DNA of 64,000 nucleotides from Planctomycetota bacterium (lineage in GTDB: Bacteria > Planctomycetota > UBA11346), in assembly GCA_038213805.1 (NCBI GenBank), contig JBBQSO010000018.1:1-64000 (forward strand), in the 5' to 3' direction. Position 1 is the stretch's first letter. Each line of letters begins with the position of its first letter. Of this stretch, positions 9,216-18,890 are shown one piece after another. The position numbers and the translations under genes are program-made. Below the pieces are notes generated by a model. The model saw nothing but the letters and a program-made list of their open reading frames with translations, did not search any database and was not told the origin of the DNA.

Positions 9216-10799
9216 CTACGGGGTGGGTGGCTGGATCAGCGCGTGCAGCGCATCGACCTTCGTGACGTTCAGGGGATCGAAAACCAGCACATCGCCATTG
9301 GCCTTGGCCGCGGCCAGCACCGCGGGCGTCGGGTTGGCGCCGAACCACGGCAAGCGGACCACTGTGCGGCCGGGTGGTACCGCTTCATCACCCAGGGCGT
9401 GGCCTGCGGCGACCGCGGTATGGGCGATGGTGGCATTTTCGACGATCAACAGCACGTCCGGATGGCGCAACGCGACGGCGCGCAGCGCGGCGGCGGGAAC
9501 GCGGGCGGGCGAGGGGATCCCGGGTCCGGCGGTGTTGATGAAGAACACCGTGCAATCCCAGCGCTTGCGCGCATAGACGATGCGGCTGTCGATTTCAGCC
9601 TCGGCGCTCGCATTGTCGGCATGCTCGACGTCCTTGTGCCACGCGGCCCCCCGCTGTTCGAGTCGCCACGGTGAGATGGTGACGCCGACACGGAACCCGG
9701 CTGCGCGGATGCGTGCGAACAGCGCATCCGCAATGGCGTCGAACTCCGGTGCGAATTCAGCCACGCGGCGTGGATCACCAAGAAATCCGATGGTGTGTTG
9801 ATGGACTCCGCCTTCGATGCCGTAGAGCATGACGCCCTGGGCATCCGCCCGGCGCAGTCCGGCGATCGCCTGGTCGATCGCATCCGTCATGCGTGCGGAA
9901 AATGCAGCCGGCTGCAGATCGAGCACCGGATCGAACAGCCAGCCGCTGGGGTTGTTCGCTGGCTGGTGTCCAGGCGGTCCCATCAGACCACTGAGCACCA
10001 CGCAGCCGAGCGGACGGTGGTCGTTCCATGGCGGCGGCCCAAGCACGACCGTGCCGTCGGCGGCGATCATCCGCTGACCCGCGGTGGCGAACTGCGCATG
10101 GTCACCGCTGCGCAGCGCGACGCGGCCTTCACTGACGGTCACCACGCTGCAGTCATCCTCGACATCGACACGGAATCGCGTGCCCAGCACCGTGGCTTCG
10201 CCATGGGGTGTGGCGATGGCGAAACTGGTACCACCGGTCTGTGGCGCCACCTGCGCCTCGACGCTGCCCGCGGTCAGATCAAGACGCTTGCGTCGGGCAT
10301 CGCCACCCAGGCGCACGTGGCTGCGCGGTGCGACGATGACCAGGCTGTGATCAGCGAAACGCACATCGCGTACCGCAGGGGGGATGTCGGCGCCAACCGC
10401 CAGGGCGACGCCATCGCCCCGCGCCACCGTGCTGCCGATCGACCACCACCAAGCGACCAGCACGCAGGCCGCGGCCGCACTGGCACATGCCGACCACCAG
10501 CGCCGTGGCGAGCGGCGCCGCGCCCCGGCCATGACCTGCGCCACGGTCTGGGTGCGACTGGATTGGCGGTCCGCGATGATCAGGGCGCAGGTCCGTACGG
10601 CAGCGTCCCGCGCGGCAGCGGCACGCACATTCTCCGCAGTAGAGATGGCGCTCAGGTGATGGACGAAGCGGCGTTCGGCGGCGAGCGCCGCCTGCAAATC
10701 CTGGTCACGGGCGACGCGGGCGGTCCACGTGGCCAAGGCTTCGCCGACCAGGGTGCCGTCACACCAACGTTCCAGGTTTTCCAGGTCATCGGGCGTCAT
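9216..10799 (-). CDS. FecR-family anti-sigma factor fused to a C-terminal alpha/beta (TIM-barrel-like) domain
   Basis: ATGA overlap with the sigma gene; TM helix; FecR motifs TPHGEATVLGTRF and VSEGRV; extra alternating alpha/beta domain of about 270 aa. Confidence 0.85.
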   Translation of the reverse strand: MTPDDLENLERWCDGTLVGEALATWTARVARDQDLQAALAAERRFVHHLSAISTAENVRAAAARDAAVRTCALIIADRQSSRTQTVAQVMAGARRRSPRRWWSACASAAAACVLVAWWWSIGSTVARGDGVALAVGADIPPAVRDVRFADHSLVIVAPRSHVRLGGDARRKRLDLTAGSVEAQVAPQTGGTSFAIATPHGEATVLGTRFRVDVEDDCSVVTVSEGRVALRSGDHAQFATAGQRMIAADGTVVLGPPPWNDHRPLGCVVLSGLMGPPGHQPANNPSGWLFDPVLDLQPAAFSARMTDAIDQAIAGLRRADAQGVMLYGIEGGVHQHTIGFLGDPRRVAEFAPEFDAIADALFARIRAAGFRVGVTISPWRLEQRGAAWHKDVEHADNASAEAEIDSRIVYARKRWDCTVFFINTAGPGIPSPARVPAAALRAVALRHPDVLLIVENATIAHTAVAAGHALGDEAVPPGRTVVRLPWFGANPTPAVLAAAKANGDVLVFDPLNVTKVDALHALIQPPTP

Positions 10800-11353
10800 G
10801 CGGTCGGCCCCTGGGTGTCGACGCAGGCCCGCAGGGTCTTGCGCAGGCGATGGAACTGCACGGCCAAGGTTCCTGCCGTCTTGCCCAGGCGCGCCGCGAG
10901 CGCGTCCAGGTCGAGGTCATCGCGGTAGCGCAGATCGATCAACGTGCGCAGCGCCTCGCTCAGCCTTCCGATACATACGCGTAGCCGTTCCAGACGTGGG
11001 TCTTCGCCCTGGTCGAGCTGGGCATCGAGCGCAGCCGCATCGTGACGCGCCAGCAGCGTACCCAGATCGCGTCCAGCCGAGCGGGAGCGGTTGCTCAGCT
11101 CCTTGCGCAGGTGATTGAGTGCGATGCCCTTGACCCACGACACGAACGTACCGCGGGATTCGTACTTGGGCAGCACCCGCCAGCAGGTGATCAGCGCCGA
11201 CTGCACGACCTCTTCGACCAGATCGTCGGTGGCGCAGCGCACGGCGACAAATACCCGCACGTCATAGTGGATGATCTCCACCAGACGCTGGAAGGCGCCA
11301 TGATCGCCCTGCTGGGCCAGGGGCACCAGGCGGTTGATCTCATCCTCATCCAT
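10796..11353 (-). CDS. ECF sigma-70 factor
   Basis: AQQGD..AF, VEEVVQ, F.SWVKGIA.N, LIDLRY and LAARLGK..R.RK.LR.C motifs. Confidence 0.93.
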   Translation of the reverse strand: MDEDEINRLVPLAQQGDHGAFQRLVEIIHYDVRVFVAVRCATDDLVEEVVQSALITCWRVLPKYESRGTFVSWVKGIALNHLRKELSNRSRSAGRDLGTLLARHDAAALDAQLDQGEDPRLERLRVCIGRLSEALRTLIDLRYRDDLDLDALAARLGKTAGTLAVQFHRLRKTLRACVDTQGPTA

Positions 11354-11465
11354 GTCACCACGTAGTCCCTGTGCGTTGACCAGGGATTACAGGCGATTTT
11401 CCGAGGGTCTAGCGAGGGCAGAAATGGCGCATCCGGATCGCTCTGTCACGAGCACCACACTGCTC

Positions 11466-13904
11466 TTAAGGGGCGGCAGCGGCCGGAGTCGTGGGTGCGA
11501 AGAGTGCACGCACCTGCGCCCCTTCCGGGCCAGCCTTCGCAACGCGGTCCTCGGCTTCCTGGCGGCGCCCCGCGGCATAGAGGTGGAACGCCGCCAGCGC
11601 CTGGCCTTCGGCGTCATCGCCCGCCACGTCGCAGGCGAGATCGGCGAGATCGGCCTGGGCCAGCGCTTTCCACGGCAGTGAGATGGCGCCGCCATTGAGG
11701 ACCGCGCGCAGCGTGGCATCCCCATCCACCCCGGTGACTGTGACCGGCGCATGGAACGCGGATGAACGGTAGCGGGCCGGACGTCCAGCGGCCACGCTGC
11801 GCCCGACGCGCAGCCGCAAGCGCTGGTCCCAGGCCGCGCTGATCGCGGGCGGCAGGGTCGCCCCACGGGCGACCGGGGGTGAAGCCGGCGCGGCCGGGCG
11901 CGGGGCCGTCGTCGCCGGACGGGCAGCCGCAGCGTGCGACTTCGCCACCGCGGGCGCGCGGTAGTCCTCTCCAGAGGCCAGCACGTAGGGCGGCACGCCG
12001 TCCGCGCCACCCGCCCGGACCAGCACCGCGCTGCGGAATGCCGCCACCGGGATGGTCTTGCCAAGCGTGCCGCCCCCGGACAGCGCCCACCCGCCGGCCG
12101 GGGTGGGGAAGGCGTGCTCACGCATGGTGTCGTTGATGAGCAGCAGGATGGTGGCGCGTTCGACACGTGCGCCGGCGTCGGCCCACGGCGCGAGTTGCTG
12201 CCACGCGGCCACGTCATCGGCACGGCGGCCTCCGACCTGGACCAGGGCCAGGGTCGGCGACGCCACCAGCTGGGTACCTGACATATGTCCATACTGGGTA
12301 CCCTCCTCGGCATCGATGCAGCGTGCGATGTCATTGCCCTTCCAATCCGCGGGAATGTTCTCCGCCAGACGCAAGCGGCGGGGCGGATCCATGGCCCCGA
12401 GCAGATTGCCGGTGAAGGTGTTGTCCTGCACGTTCTTCTTGCCGCTGAGGTGAAGGCCGGCGATGCGGTTGCCGATCAGGACGTTGTCGGCGATGCGGCA
12501 GTGGTAGTTGTTGGTCAGGAACAAGCCATTCCCGCCGCTGCCGAATACGGTATTGCCGGTGATCACCTGATCGTGGAAATCGGAGAGGAATTCCGGCCAG
12601 ATGCCGTGGCCGAGCGGATACCAGGGATGGGAGGTGTCGAGGTTGCCGATGCAGTCCAGGATGATGTTGTCGCGGATCACGCATTCGCTGCAGTTGGCGT
12701 AGATCGCCGCGCCGTCGTTGAGCGACCCCATGCAGCGCACCAGCACGTTGCGCTCGACCACCTGCCCCGGCGAGCCGAGGAGCACGCCGGCGTAGCCGAT
12801 GTCGACGAAGCGGTTGCCGCGCACCACCACGCCCTTGCCGGCGTGCAGAATCACGCCCGCGGCGTGCCACGAGCCGCTGCCACCGTAGCCGAACTGCATG
12901 CCGATGCGCTCGAAGCGGTTGCCTTCGATGACCGTCCCGCCGACACCGGCAGGGTTCTCGATCCAGGAGATGGCGACGTTGCGCACATCGTGGAAGGTGC
13001 ATCCCGTGATACGCGTGCCTGCGGCATCGAACGTGCCCCCGATAGCATCCTCGCCGATGTCGCTGAACGAGCAGCCGGAGATGACCGACGCGCGCCCGAT
13101 GCGCAGCGCCGTGCCGCCGATGCGCGCGAACGCGATCCCATCCAGCGTGGCGCCGCTGCACTGGAACCCCTTCCCCTCCAACACCACCTCGACCGGCGCA
13201 TGGGCGGCGGCGTCCTCCGGCGGATAAACGTACAAGGTGCTGGTGGCCCGGTCCCACACCCACTCGCCCGGCGCATCCAGCTCGGACAAGCAGTTATCGA
13301 TGCAGAATGCCGAGCCGATACCGGTGAACGGGTCGGAGTAGCGTCCTTCGGCGCCCAGCGTCAGCTGCCCCTTGCCGTTGTCCGCGGTGATCGGCCGGGT
13401 CTCCCACCACCAGCTCCAACGACGCCAGCGCACCTGGGCGCCCGTCCAGCGCGGCGCCCCGGTGACGGCCGCATCCGCGACTGCCAACAGGTCCGGCGTA
13501 CTGCCCTGCTGCGCGCGCAGCCAGCCGCGATTGGGATACCGCGCCTGGACCAGGAAGCGGCCCGCCACATAGCATTCCAGCACGGGCCGGTCGACCCGGG
13601 CAGTCAGCACCTTGGGGTTCTTCGCCCACGGGGTCAGCACGGGGACGATGATGCTGGTGGTCAGCAACGGCGGCGGCGAGGCGGCCGGTCCATCCGCGCC
13701 GACCGCGACCCCGGCATGGAACTCGAGACCATCCGGCACGCGGTAGACGCCACCGCGCATCAGTACGAGGCGGTCACCGGACGCGGCGCGCGCCGCCGCG
13801 GCGACCAGCGCCGAGACGCTGCCGTCGGCAGCATCGGCAGGCACCGCGTGCTCGGCCGCGACGGCACGCACGAGCAGGCTGAGGAGAAGGAGCGTGCGCA
13901 GCAT
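11466..13904 (-). CDS. Secreted right-handed parallel beta-helix protein (putative glycan-active) with Pro/Ala linker and uncharacterised C-terminal domain
   Basis: Signal peptide MLRTLLLLSLLVRAVAA; ARYPN, ELDAPGEW.WD....LY and LNDGAAIY; repeated I..N.F/N.I beta-helix turns. Confidence 0.85.
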   Translation of the reverse strand: MLRTLLLLSLLVRAVAAEHAVPADAADGSVSALVAAAARAASGDRLVLMRGGVYRVPDGLEFHAGVAVGADGPAASPPPLLTTSIIVPVLTPWAKNPKVLTARVDRPVLECYVAGRFLVQARYPNRGWLRAQQGSTPDLLAVADAAVTGAPRWTGAQVRWRRWSWWWETRPITADNGKGQLTLGAEGRYSDPFTGIGSAFCIDNCLSELDAPGEWVWDRATSTLYVYPPEDAAAHAPVEVVLEGKGFQCSGATLDGIAFARIGGTALRIGRASVISGCSFSDIGEDAIGGTFDAAGTRITGCTFHDVRNVAISWIENPAGVGGTVIEGNRFERIGMQFGYGGSGSWHAAGVILHAGKGVVVRGNRFVDIGYAGVLLGSPGQVVERNVLVRCMGSLNDGAAIYANCSECVIRDNIILDCIGNLDTSHPWYPLGHGIWPEFLSDFHDQVITGNTVFGSGGNGLFLTNNYHCRIADNVLIGNRIAGLHLSGKKNVQDNTFTGNLLGAMDPPRRLRLAENIPADWKGNDIARCIDAEEGTQYGHMSGTQLVASPTLALVQVGGRRADDVAAWQQLAPWADAGARVERATILLLINDTMREHAFPTPAGGWALSGGGTLGKTIPVAAFRSAVLVRAGGADGVPPYVLASGEDYRAPAVAKSHAAAARPATTAPRPAAPASPPVARGATLPPAISAAWDQRLRLRVGRSVAAGRPARYRSSAFHAPVTVTGVDGDATLRAVLNGGAISLPWKALAQADLADLACDVAGDDAEGQALAAFHLYAAGRRQEAEDRVAKAGPEGAQVRALFAPTTPAAAAP

Positions 13905-14593
13905 CGATGATCCCCTGGCCGACATTGACGGGCGACATCCATGATGGGAAAGCCCGGTGCATGTCCGTGAATTTCTTTGACCTGACTGGGAAATCGTTTT
14001 CACGATCAGGGTGATCGTGCGCGGACACGGGGCCGAGTTCCTCCGTATCGATCGCCTCGACCACGTCTGCAGCATCCAGATATCCATCACCACGACGCAA
14101 CTTACCAACCCGCGGTTGGCGTTTTCTGTCACGAGCGCTCGCCATCCTTTACTACCCTCTGAGCGGGTTCGAGCGGCTTCGGCCCACGTGTACAATCGCC
14201 TGCGACGGAGGCCTGCGCTCCGAACGGCGTCGGAAATGAGCGGCTGTCGCGTCAGCCCAGGGAATATCCGCAGGAGTCCTCCGCCACAGCGCGGGACCGC
14301 GACCGCCCGCACACCGTGCTGGTAGGCTTCGTCACCAGCTACGCGTTCCTCAATCGCGACAACCGCTGACCTAAAATCCGTCCTACGCAAGAAATGCCCT
14401 ATCGACCCCCGCACCTGCCTAAAGGCCGGGCGGATAGCGATCACTGCCCGGTGCTGCGCGAGCCCATTTTCCCATGAGCGTGCCCCACGCCTCGGCGTGC
14501 GGTTGGAACGCCGCGGAAACTCACCTCCAAGCCCGGATTTCACACTGCGTCCACTGTTGTCCCGCGACCTGCCGGACGGTATGATGGGGAGCC

Positions 14594-16003
14594 ATGTCGT
14601 CGCCGCTCGCCGCGGTCACCGCCGGAGCCCAGTCGATGCGTGCAAGCACTCAGCTCTCCCGGTTCTGCGCGCTGGTGCTGGCAGCCTTGACCCACCATGC
14701 CGCTGCGGCCACCGTCGCCCTGCCATTCAGCGACCACCTGGTGCTGCAGAGGGACCAGCCGGATCCGATCTGGGGCACGGGCAGCGTGGGCGAGTCCATC
14801 GTCGTCACCATCGCCGGGCAGACGCAGCGGACGGTGGTGGACAAGGACGGCCACTGGCAGGTCATGCTCGCACCGCTGCCGGCGGGCGGACCGCATATCA
14901 TGACGGTGCAGGGCACCGCGCTGCTGACCATCGCCGACGTTCTGGTGGGCGAGGTGTGGCTGGCCAGCGGTCAGTCGAACATGGCGCGCACCCTTGGTGA
15001 CGAAGGCGATACTGCGCGCACGACCGAACACCCGACGCTGCGCTTCCTGACCACCCATCCCGGCAAGGGTGGTACGACCGGGGAGTGGAAGAGCTTCACG
15101 CCGACGGATGGTCCCGCCATGTCGGCGGTCGCGTTCCATTTCGCCCACGAGCTTCAGGAAAAGCTGCGCGTGCCGATCGGCATGGTCATCGGAGCGCAGG
15201 GCTCGGTATTCATCCAGCGCTGGTTCGATCCGCAGGTCGAGCCCGCGGATCCCGGCATGAAGCGCGGCGGCGACCTGTTTCAGGGCTACCTGGCCGCCGT
15301 GGTGCCGTACGGGGTGCGCGGCGCGATCTGGTACCAGGGCGAGGCAGATGCGCGCGCTGGTTACGACCACGTGTACCAGCAGCGTCTGACGGCGCTGATC
15401 CGCTATTGGCGGCGCACCTGGCAACGGCCCCAACTGCCATTCCTGATCGTGCAGCTCCCCAACACCGGTCCGCTGCAGACTGACGTCGACCAGGAAACCG
15501 CAGGCTGGCCCGTGGTGCGCAATGCGCAGCGCCTGGCGCTGGCCCTGCCGGAAACCGCGCTGGCGGTGGGGATCGACATCGGCGACGGGAAGGTGCACCC
15601 GACGCACAAGCAACCTTTCGGCTACCGTCTGAGCCTGGCCGCGCGCGCCCTCGCCTATGGCGAAAAAGGGCTGGTTTACGCCGGTCCGCTCTACGCTTCG
15701 GCAACCATCGCCGGGCGCACGGTGCGCGTGCGCTTCACCCAGGTCGGCGGCGGTCTCGTCGCCAAGGGCGGCGCGCTGACCGGCTTCGCCATCGCCGGCG
15801 CGGACGGGCACTGGGTGTGGGGAGAGGCGACCATAGCGGGCGACACCGTCACGGTCACGAGTCCCGCGGTCGCCGCCCCGACCCAGGTGCGCTATGCCTG
15901 GGCGGCAAACCCGCTCTTCAATCTCTTCAATGCGGAAGGCCTGCCTGCTTCCCCGTTCCAGACCAGCGAGCCCGCACCGGGCCCGGCAGAAGGAATCCCA
16001 TGA
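14594..16003 (+). CDS. Sialate O-acetylesterase family (SASA/DUF303) carbohydrate esterase; start may be 14636
   Basis: FSDHLVLQR, VGEVWLASGQSNM, GAIWYQGE, DIGD..VHP and VRYAW...LFN..GLPASPF. Confidence 0.92.
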   Translation: MSSPLAAVTAGAQSMRASTQLSRFCALVLAALTHHAAAATVALPFSDHLVLQRDQPDPIWGTGSVGESIVVTIAGQTQRTVVDKDGHWQVMLAPLPAGGPHIMTVQGTALLTIADVLVGEVWLASGQSNMARTLGDEGDTARTTEHPTLRFLTTHPGKGGTTGEWKSFTPTDGPAMSAVAFHFAHELQEKLRVPIGMVIGAQGSVFIQRWFDPQVEPADPGMKRGGDLFQGYLAAVVPYGVRGAIWYQGEADARAGYDHVYQQRLTALIRYWRRTWQRPQLPFLIVQLPNTGPLQTDVDQETAGWPVVRNAQRLALALPETALAVGIDIGDGKVHPTHKQPFGYRLSLAARALAYGEKGLVYAGPLYASATIAGRTVRVRFTQVGGGLVAKGGALTGFAIAGADGHWVWGEATIAGDTVTVTSPAVAAPTQVRYAWAANPLFNLFNAEGLPASPFQTSEPAPGPAEGIP

Positions 16004-17283
16004 TGCGCCTCTTCAGCCTATCACCGTACCCGGCGACGTCCCGCCACGCGGCGTGTGCGCAGGGCAGGGCGCAGCGCCGGATCGCGCTGCTGGTGCTCTG
16101 CGCGTGCACGTTGTGGTGCGCTCCGGTGCGCCTCGCCGCCTACGTGATCGAGAGCATGGACGGTCCGATCACGGCAAAGGAACTGGACAGCTTCCTCACA
16201 GAGATCCGCGGCCTGCAGCCGCAGACCTCGAACGCCGGCAACGCCATGGCGACGCACAAGAGCGGCACCGAGATCGCGGGTATCAGCAGGGTCTTCGAGG
16301 CGACCCGCGATCCCCGCATCCTGGCGCAGGCGGTGCGCTTCGCCGATGCCTTCTGCGCCTACCGCAACGATCAGCCAAAGGGCGGGCACACCGTGCAATG
16401 GACCGGTGCGGTCGAGCCGGTGTGGCCGATGTCCGCAGAAGCCGACGGTGCGGGCGGCGAGAGCGCGATGGTCGCGGGCCACGTCGCCTGCATCGCCTGG
16501 TTGATCTTCGACACCCCAGCGTTGTGGACAGCGACGGTGCCGGGTGGGGATCCCTACGGCTACGGTGCGACCTACAAGGAACGCGGGCTGACCTACCTGC
16601 GCATGACCGAAGAAGTCCTGCGGCGCTACCTGAGCAAATACTGCGTCATTCCCGGCACCTTCACCATCGTGAACCCGACCAAGACGCCCGAGAGCGGCAG
16701 CCCGCCGCCCTGGAACATCCAGGCGATGTACATGCTGCCGCACCTCTACGCGGCACGCTGCCACGACCTGCTCGGCGACCACCCGCCGGAGTTGGCGCTG
16801 TGGAAAGGCGTGGTCGAACGCTATGCCACATGGTTCGTCGCCTCGGCCCAATATGATGCGGCCGCCGACGGCACCAAAGTCGCGCGCTGGTTCTATCTGG
16901 TGCCGCCCGATCAGCAGCGCAAAGAGAACCAGGGCCACGCCCAGCACGACATCCGCGGCCTGATCACCGCGTTCACCTCTGGCTACACCACCGTCACCAC
17001 CGAGCAGATGCGGATCTTCGCCGCCACTGCGCGCCACGCGATGTATCGGGGCCCGCACCAGTGGTCCGACAATGTCCACGGCAGCGGCCCCGACCGCTCC
17101 AATCTCAAGGCCGATCTCATCCCGCTCGCGCAGTGGGAGCCCTCGCTGCTCGCCCTGGCCGGGGAGTCGAACCTGCTCAAGGATCCGCATGTGGTCGACG
17201 GCGGCTCGGAGACCTGCATCAATGCCGGGTTCATGCTGTATACCAAGCAGTTACTTGCGCAGCGTGGGCCAAAAAAGCCTTGA
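16000..17283 (+). CDS. Secreted uncharacterised protein, probably alpha/alpha-barrel-like
   Basis: ATGA overlap with the upstream gene; hydrophobic signal; coding-like codon bias; helical and Trp/His-rich (WTG..EPVWP, PWNIQ, ENQGHAQHD). Confidence 0.75.
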   Translation: MMRLFSLSPYPATSRHAACAQGRAQRRIALLVLCACTLWCAPVRLAAYVIESMDGPITAKELDSFLTEIRGLQPQTSNAGNAMATHKSGTEIAGISRVFEATRDPRILAQAVRFADAFCAYRNDQPKGGHTVQWTGAVEPVWPMSAEADGAGGESAMVAGHVACIAWLIFDTPALWTATVPGGDPYGYGATYKERGLTYLRMTEEVLRRYLSKYCVIPGTFTIVNPTKTPESGSPPPWNIQAMYMLPHLYAARCHDLLGDHPPELALWKGVVERYATWFVASAQYDAAADGTKVARWFYLVPPDQQRKENQGHAQHDIRGLITAFTSGYTTVTTEQMRIFAATARHAMYRGPHQWSDNVHGSGPDRSNLKADLIPLAQWEPSLLALAGESNLLKDPHVVDGGSETCINAGFMLYTKQLLAQRGPKKP

Positions 17284-17727
17284 GCGGAGCGCTGGACTGC
17301 GCGCAGAACGCGACCAGCCGACCCGGGAATCACCGAGCTTCTGGGCCTTAATGGTGCTTCCTGCGGCCGTCCCGGGATCGTCGGGCAGTTCGTGGTTCAG
17401 CTATGCGCATGGGCCACGAATTTTTGCATCTTTTTAGCAGGAATGATGCCATCGCCAGGTTTTAGCGCCCTGATCTTGACAGCTGGGCAGTGATCGTGGC
17501 GCAGCGCTTCGCCGGGGAGATGCGCGATGTGGTTGGGCATCATCGTCTGCACCTCGACTTCCCCGGTCGCCAGGACCGTGGCGCACGCCGGAGGGATCCC
17601 GTAGAAGTCCGCGAGGTCGACCGCGCATGGCTTGCGATTGCACGTGGGGCCGTCCGGACTCTGACCATTCCCTGATGTGCGAGCGCCACCGCGGATTTCT
17701 CCCGCAACGCCGCGGCACCCTGATCGC

Positions 17728-18507
17728 TCATTCACCGAGCCCAGCCGCACGCCGGCGGTAGGCGCCCGGGCCCATGCCGACGGCGCGCGTGAAGGCGGCG
17801 GTGAAGTAGGTGCGGTCGCAATAACCGCAGCGCGCGGCGATCGCGGTGATCGGCAGGGCGCCCTCCTGTAGCAGCCTGCAGGCGGCGGCGATGCGGCGCT
17901 GCGCGGCCCAGCGTTGTGGGGCGATCCCGACGTGGCGGAGGAACAACCGCAGGAAGCCGCTCTCGCTCATCCCGGCGGCTTCAGCGAGGTGCGCGTTGCC
18001 ATGCGCTGCCGCGGGATCCTGGTCGATGCTACTCAGCGCCGCGAGCACCCGCGGGTCGGCGATGCGCGTCGGCCAGTCATCGGCCGTGAAGGCCTCGAGC
18101 GCGGTCAGCACCAGGGCCGCGCCCCGCCACGGCGCGCTGATCTGGGGCTGGCCATGACCGGGCAGGTCGCGCACCAGATCATCGATGAGTGCGCGCTGCG
18201 CCGCGCCGCACGGGAGCAGCCACACGCGGTCGGTGAGGCGGTCGCGAGCGTGATCCGGACGGAAGTGCACGAACACGTGGCGATCGACCGGTCGCACCAC
18301 GCGCCTCACGAATGGGGTTTGTGGGGCGATGATGGCCAGCACCCCGGCGTCCATCGTGAACTGACGGTGCCGCCAGTGCAGAGCGGCGCCCGGATCGCCA
18401 TACCAGTGCAACCGCCAATGGGTGAGGAGCGGCTGCACCAGATCGGTGGCGACCCGGCGCTGCGCGCAGCGCACGACCTCCACGCTGACCTGCCAGGGCA
18501 GAGTCAT
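17728..18507 (-). CDS. AraC-family transcriptional regulator
   Basis: LAEAAGMSES.F.RLF...G..P and IAARCGY.D..YF..AF....G..PGAYR double HTH. Confidence 0.92.
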   Translation of the reverse strand: MTLPWQVSVEVVRCAQRRVATDLVQPLLTHWRLHWYGDPGAALHWRHRQFTMDAGVLAIIAPQTPFVRRVVRPVDRHVFVHFRPDHARDRLTDRVWLLPCGAAQRALIDDLVRDLPGHGQPQISAPWRGAALVLTALEAFTADDWPTRIADPRVLAALSSIDQDPAAAHGNAHLAEAAGMSESGFLRLFLRHVGIAPQRWAAQRRIAAACRLLQEGALPITAIAARCGYCDRTYFTAAFTRAVGMGPGAYRRRAAGLGE

Positions 18508-18546
18508 TGCTGCACAATGCCGGTATTGCTCACTTTTCTGCCCCTT

Positions 18547-18576
18547 CTCCTCATACCCTGTGGAGGGTATGAGGAG
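18547..18576. promoter_or_regulatory. Perfect 13-bp inverted repeat between the divergent AraC and SGNH genes
   Basis: CTCCTCATACCCT-GTGG-AGGGTATGAGGAG. Confidence 0.5.
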
Positions 18577-18890
18577 TGGTGGTTTTTTCCTGCAGCGTTG
18601 CAGGAGGTTCGCCGTACACCCTGACAGTTAATAATGACGTCAGAAAGACCATGGCGTTGCGTACTGATCCCCCAAGCCCCCCTGCACGGACCGTTGCCAT
18701 GCCTGCTGACAACACAGCAGGCAGCCTTGCAAGCGGCGCAGGCGCGATGCGCGCACCTCCTACAGCCCATGGCGGTGCGCGATGTCAGGGGCCACCGCAT
18801 CGCCTCGACCGACCCCTGCGATCGCGACTGCCGACCCGCCCTGTCCGTGCGCTCCGATTCCTGCTAAACTCCACGCTCATGGAACCACCG

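Noticed and set aside
8884..9348. Long N-terminal extensions in the ORF track (also 3530-3913, 13905-14543, 20654-20932, 38337-38546)
   Set aside because: They overlap neighbours or precede clear signal peptides and RBS-like sites, so downstream starts were used
17397..17750. Minus-strand ORF with a protein-like patch VDLADFYGIPP...VEVQTMMPNHIAH
   Set aside because: Possibly a gene remnant, but no family is recognised and there is no credible start
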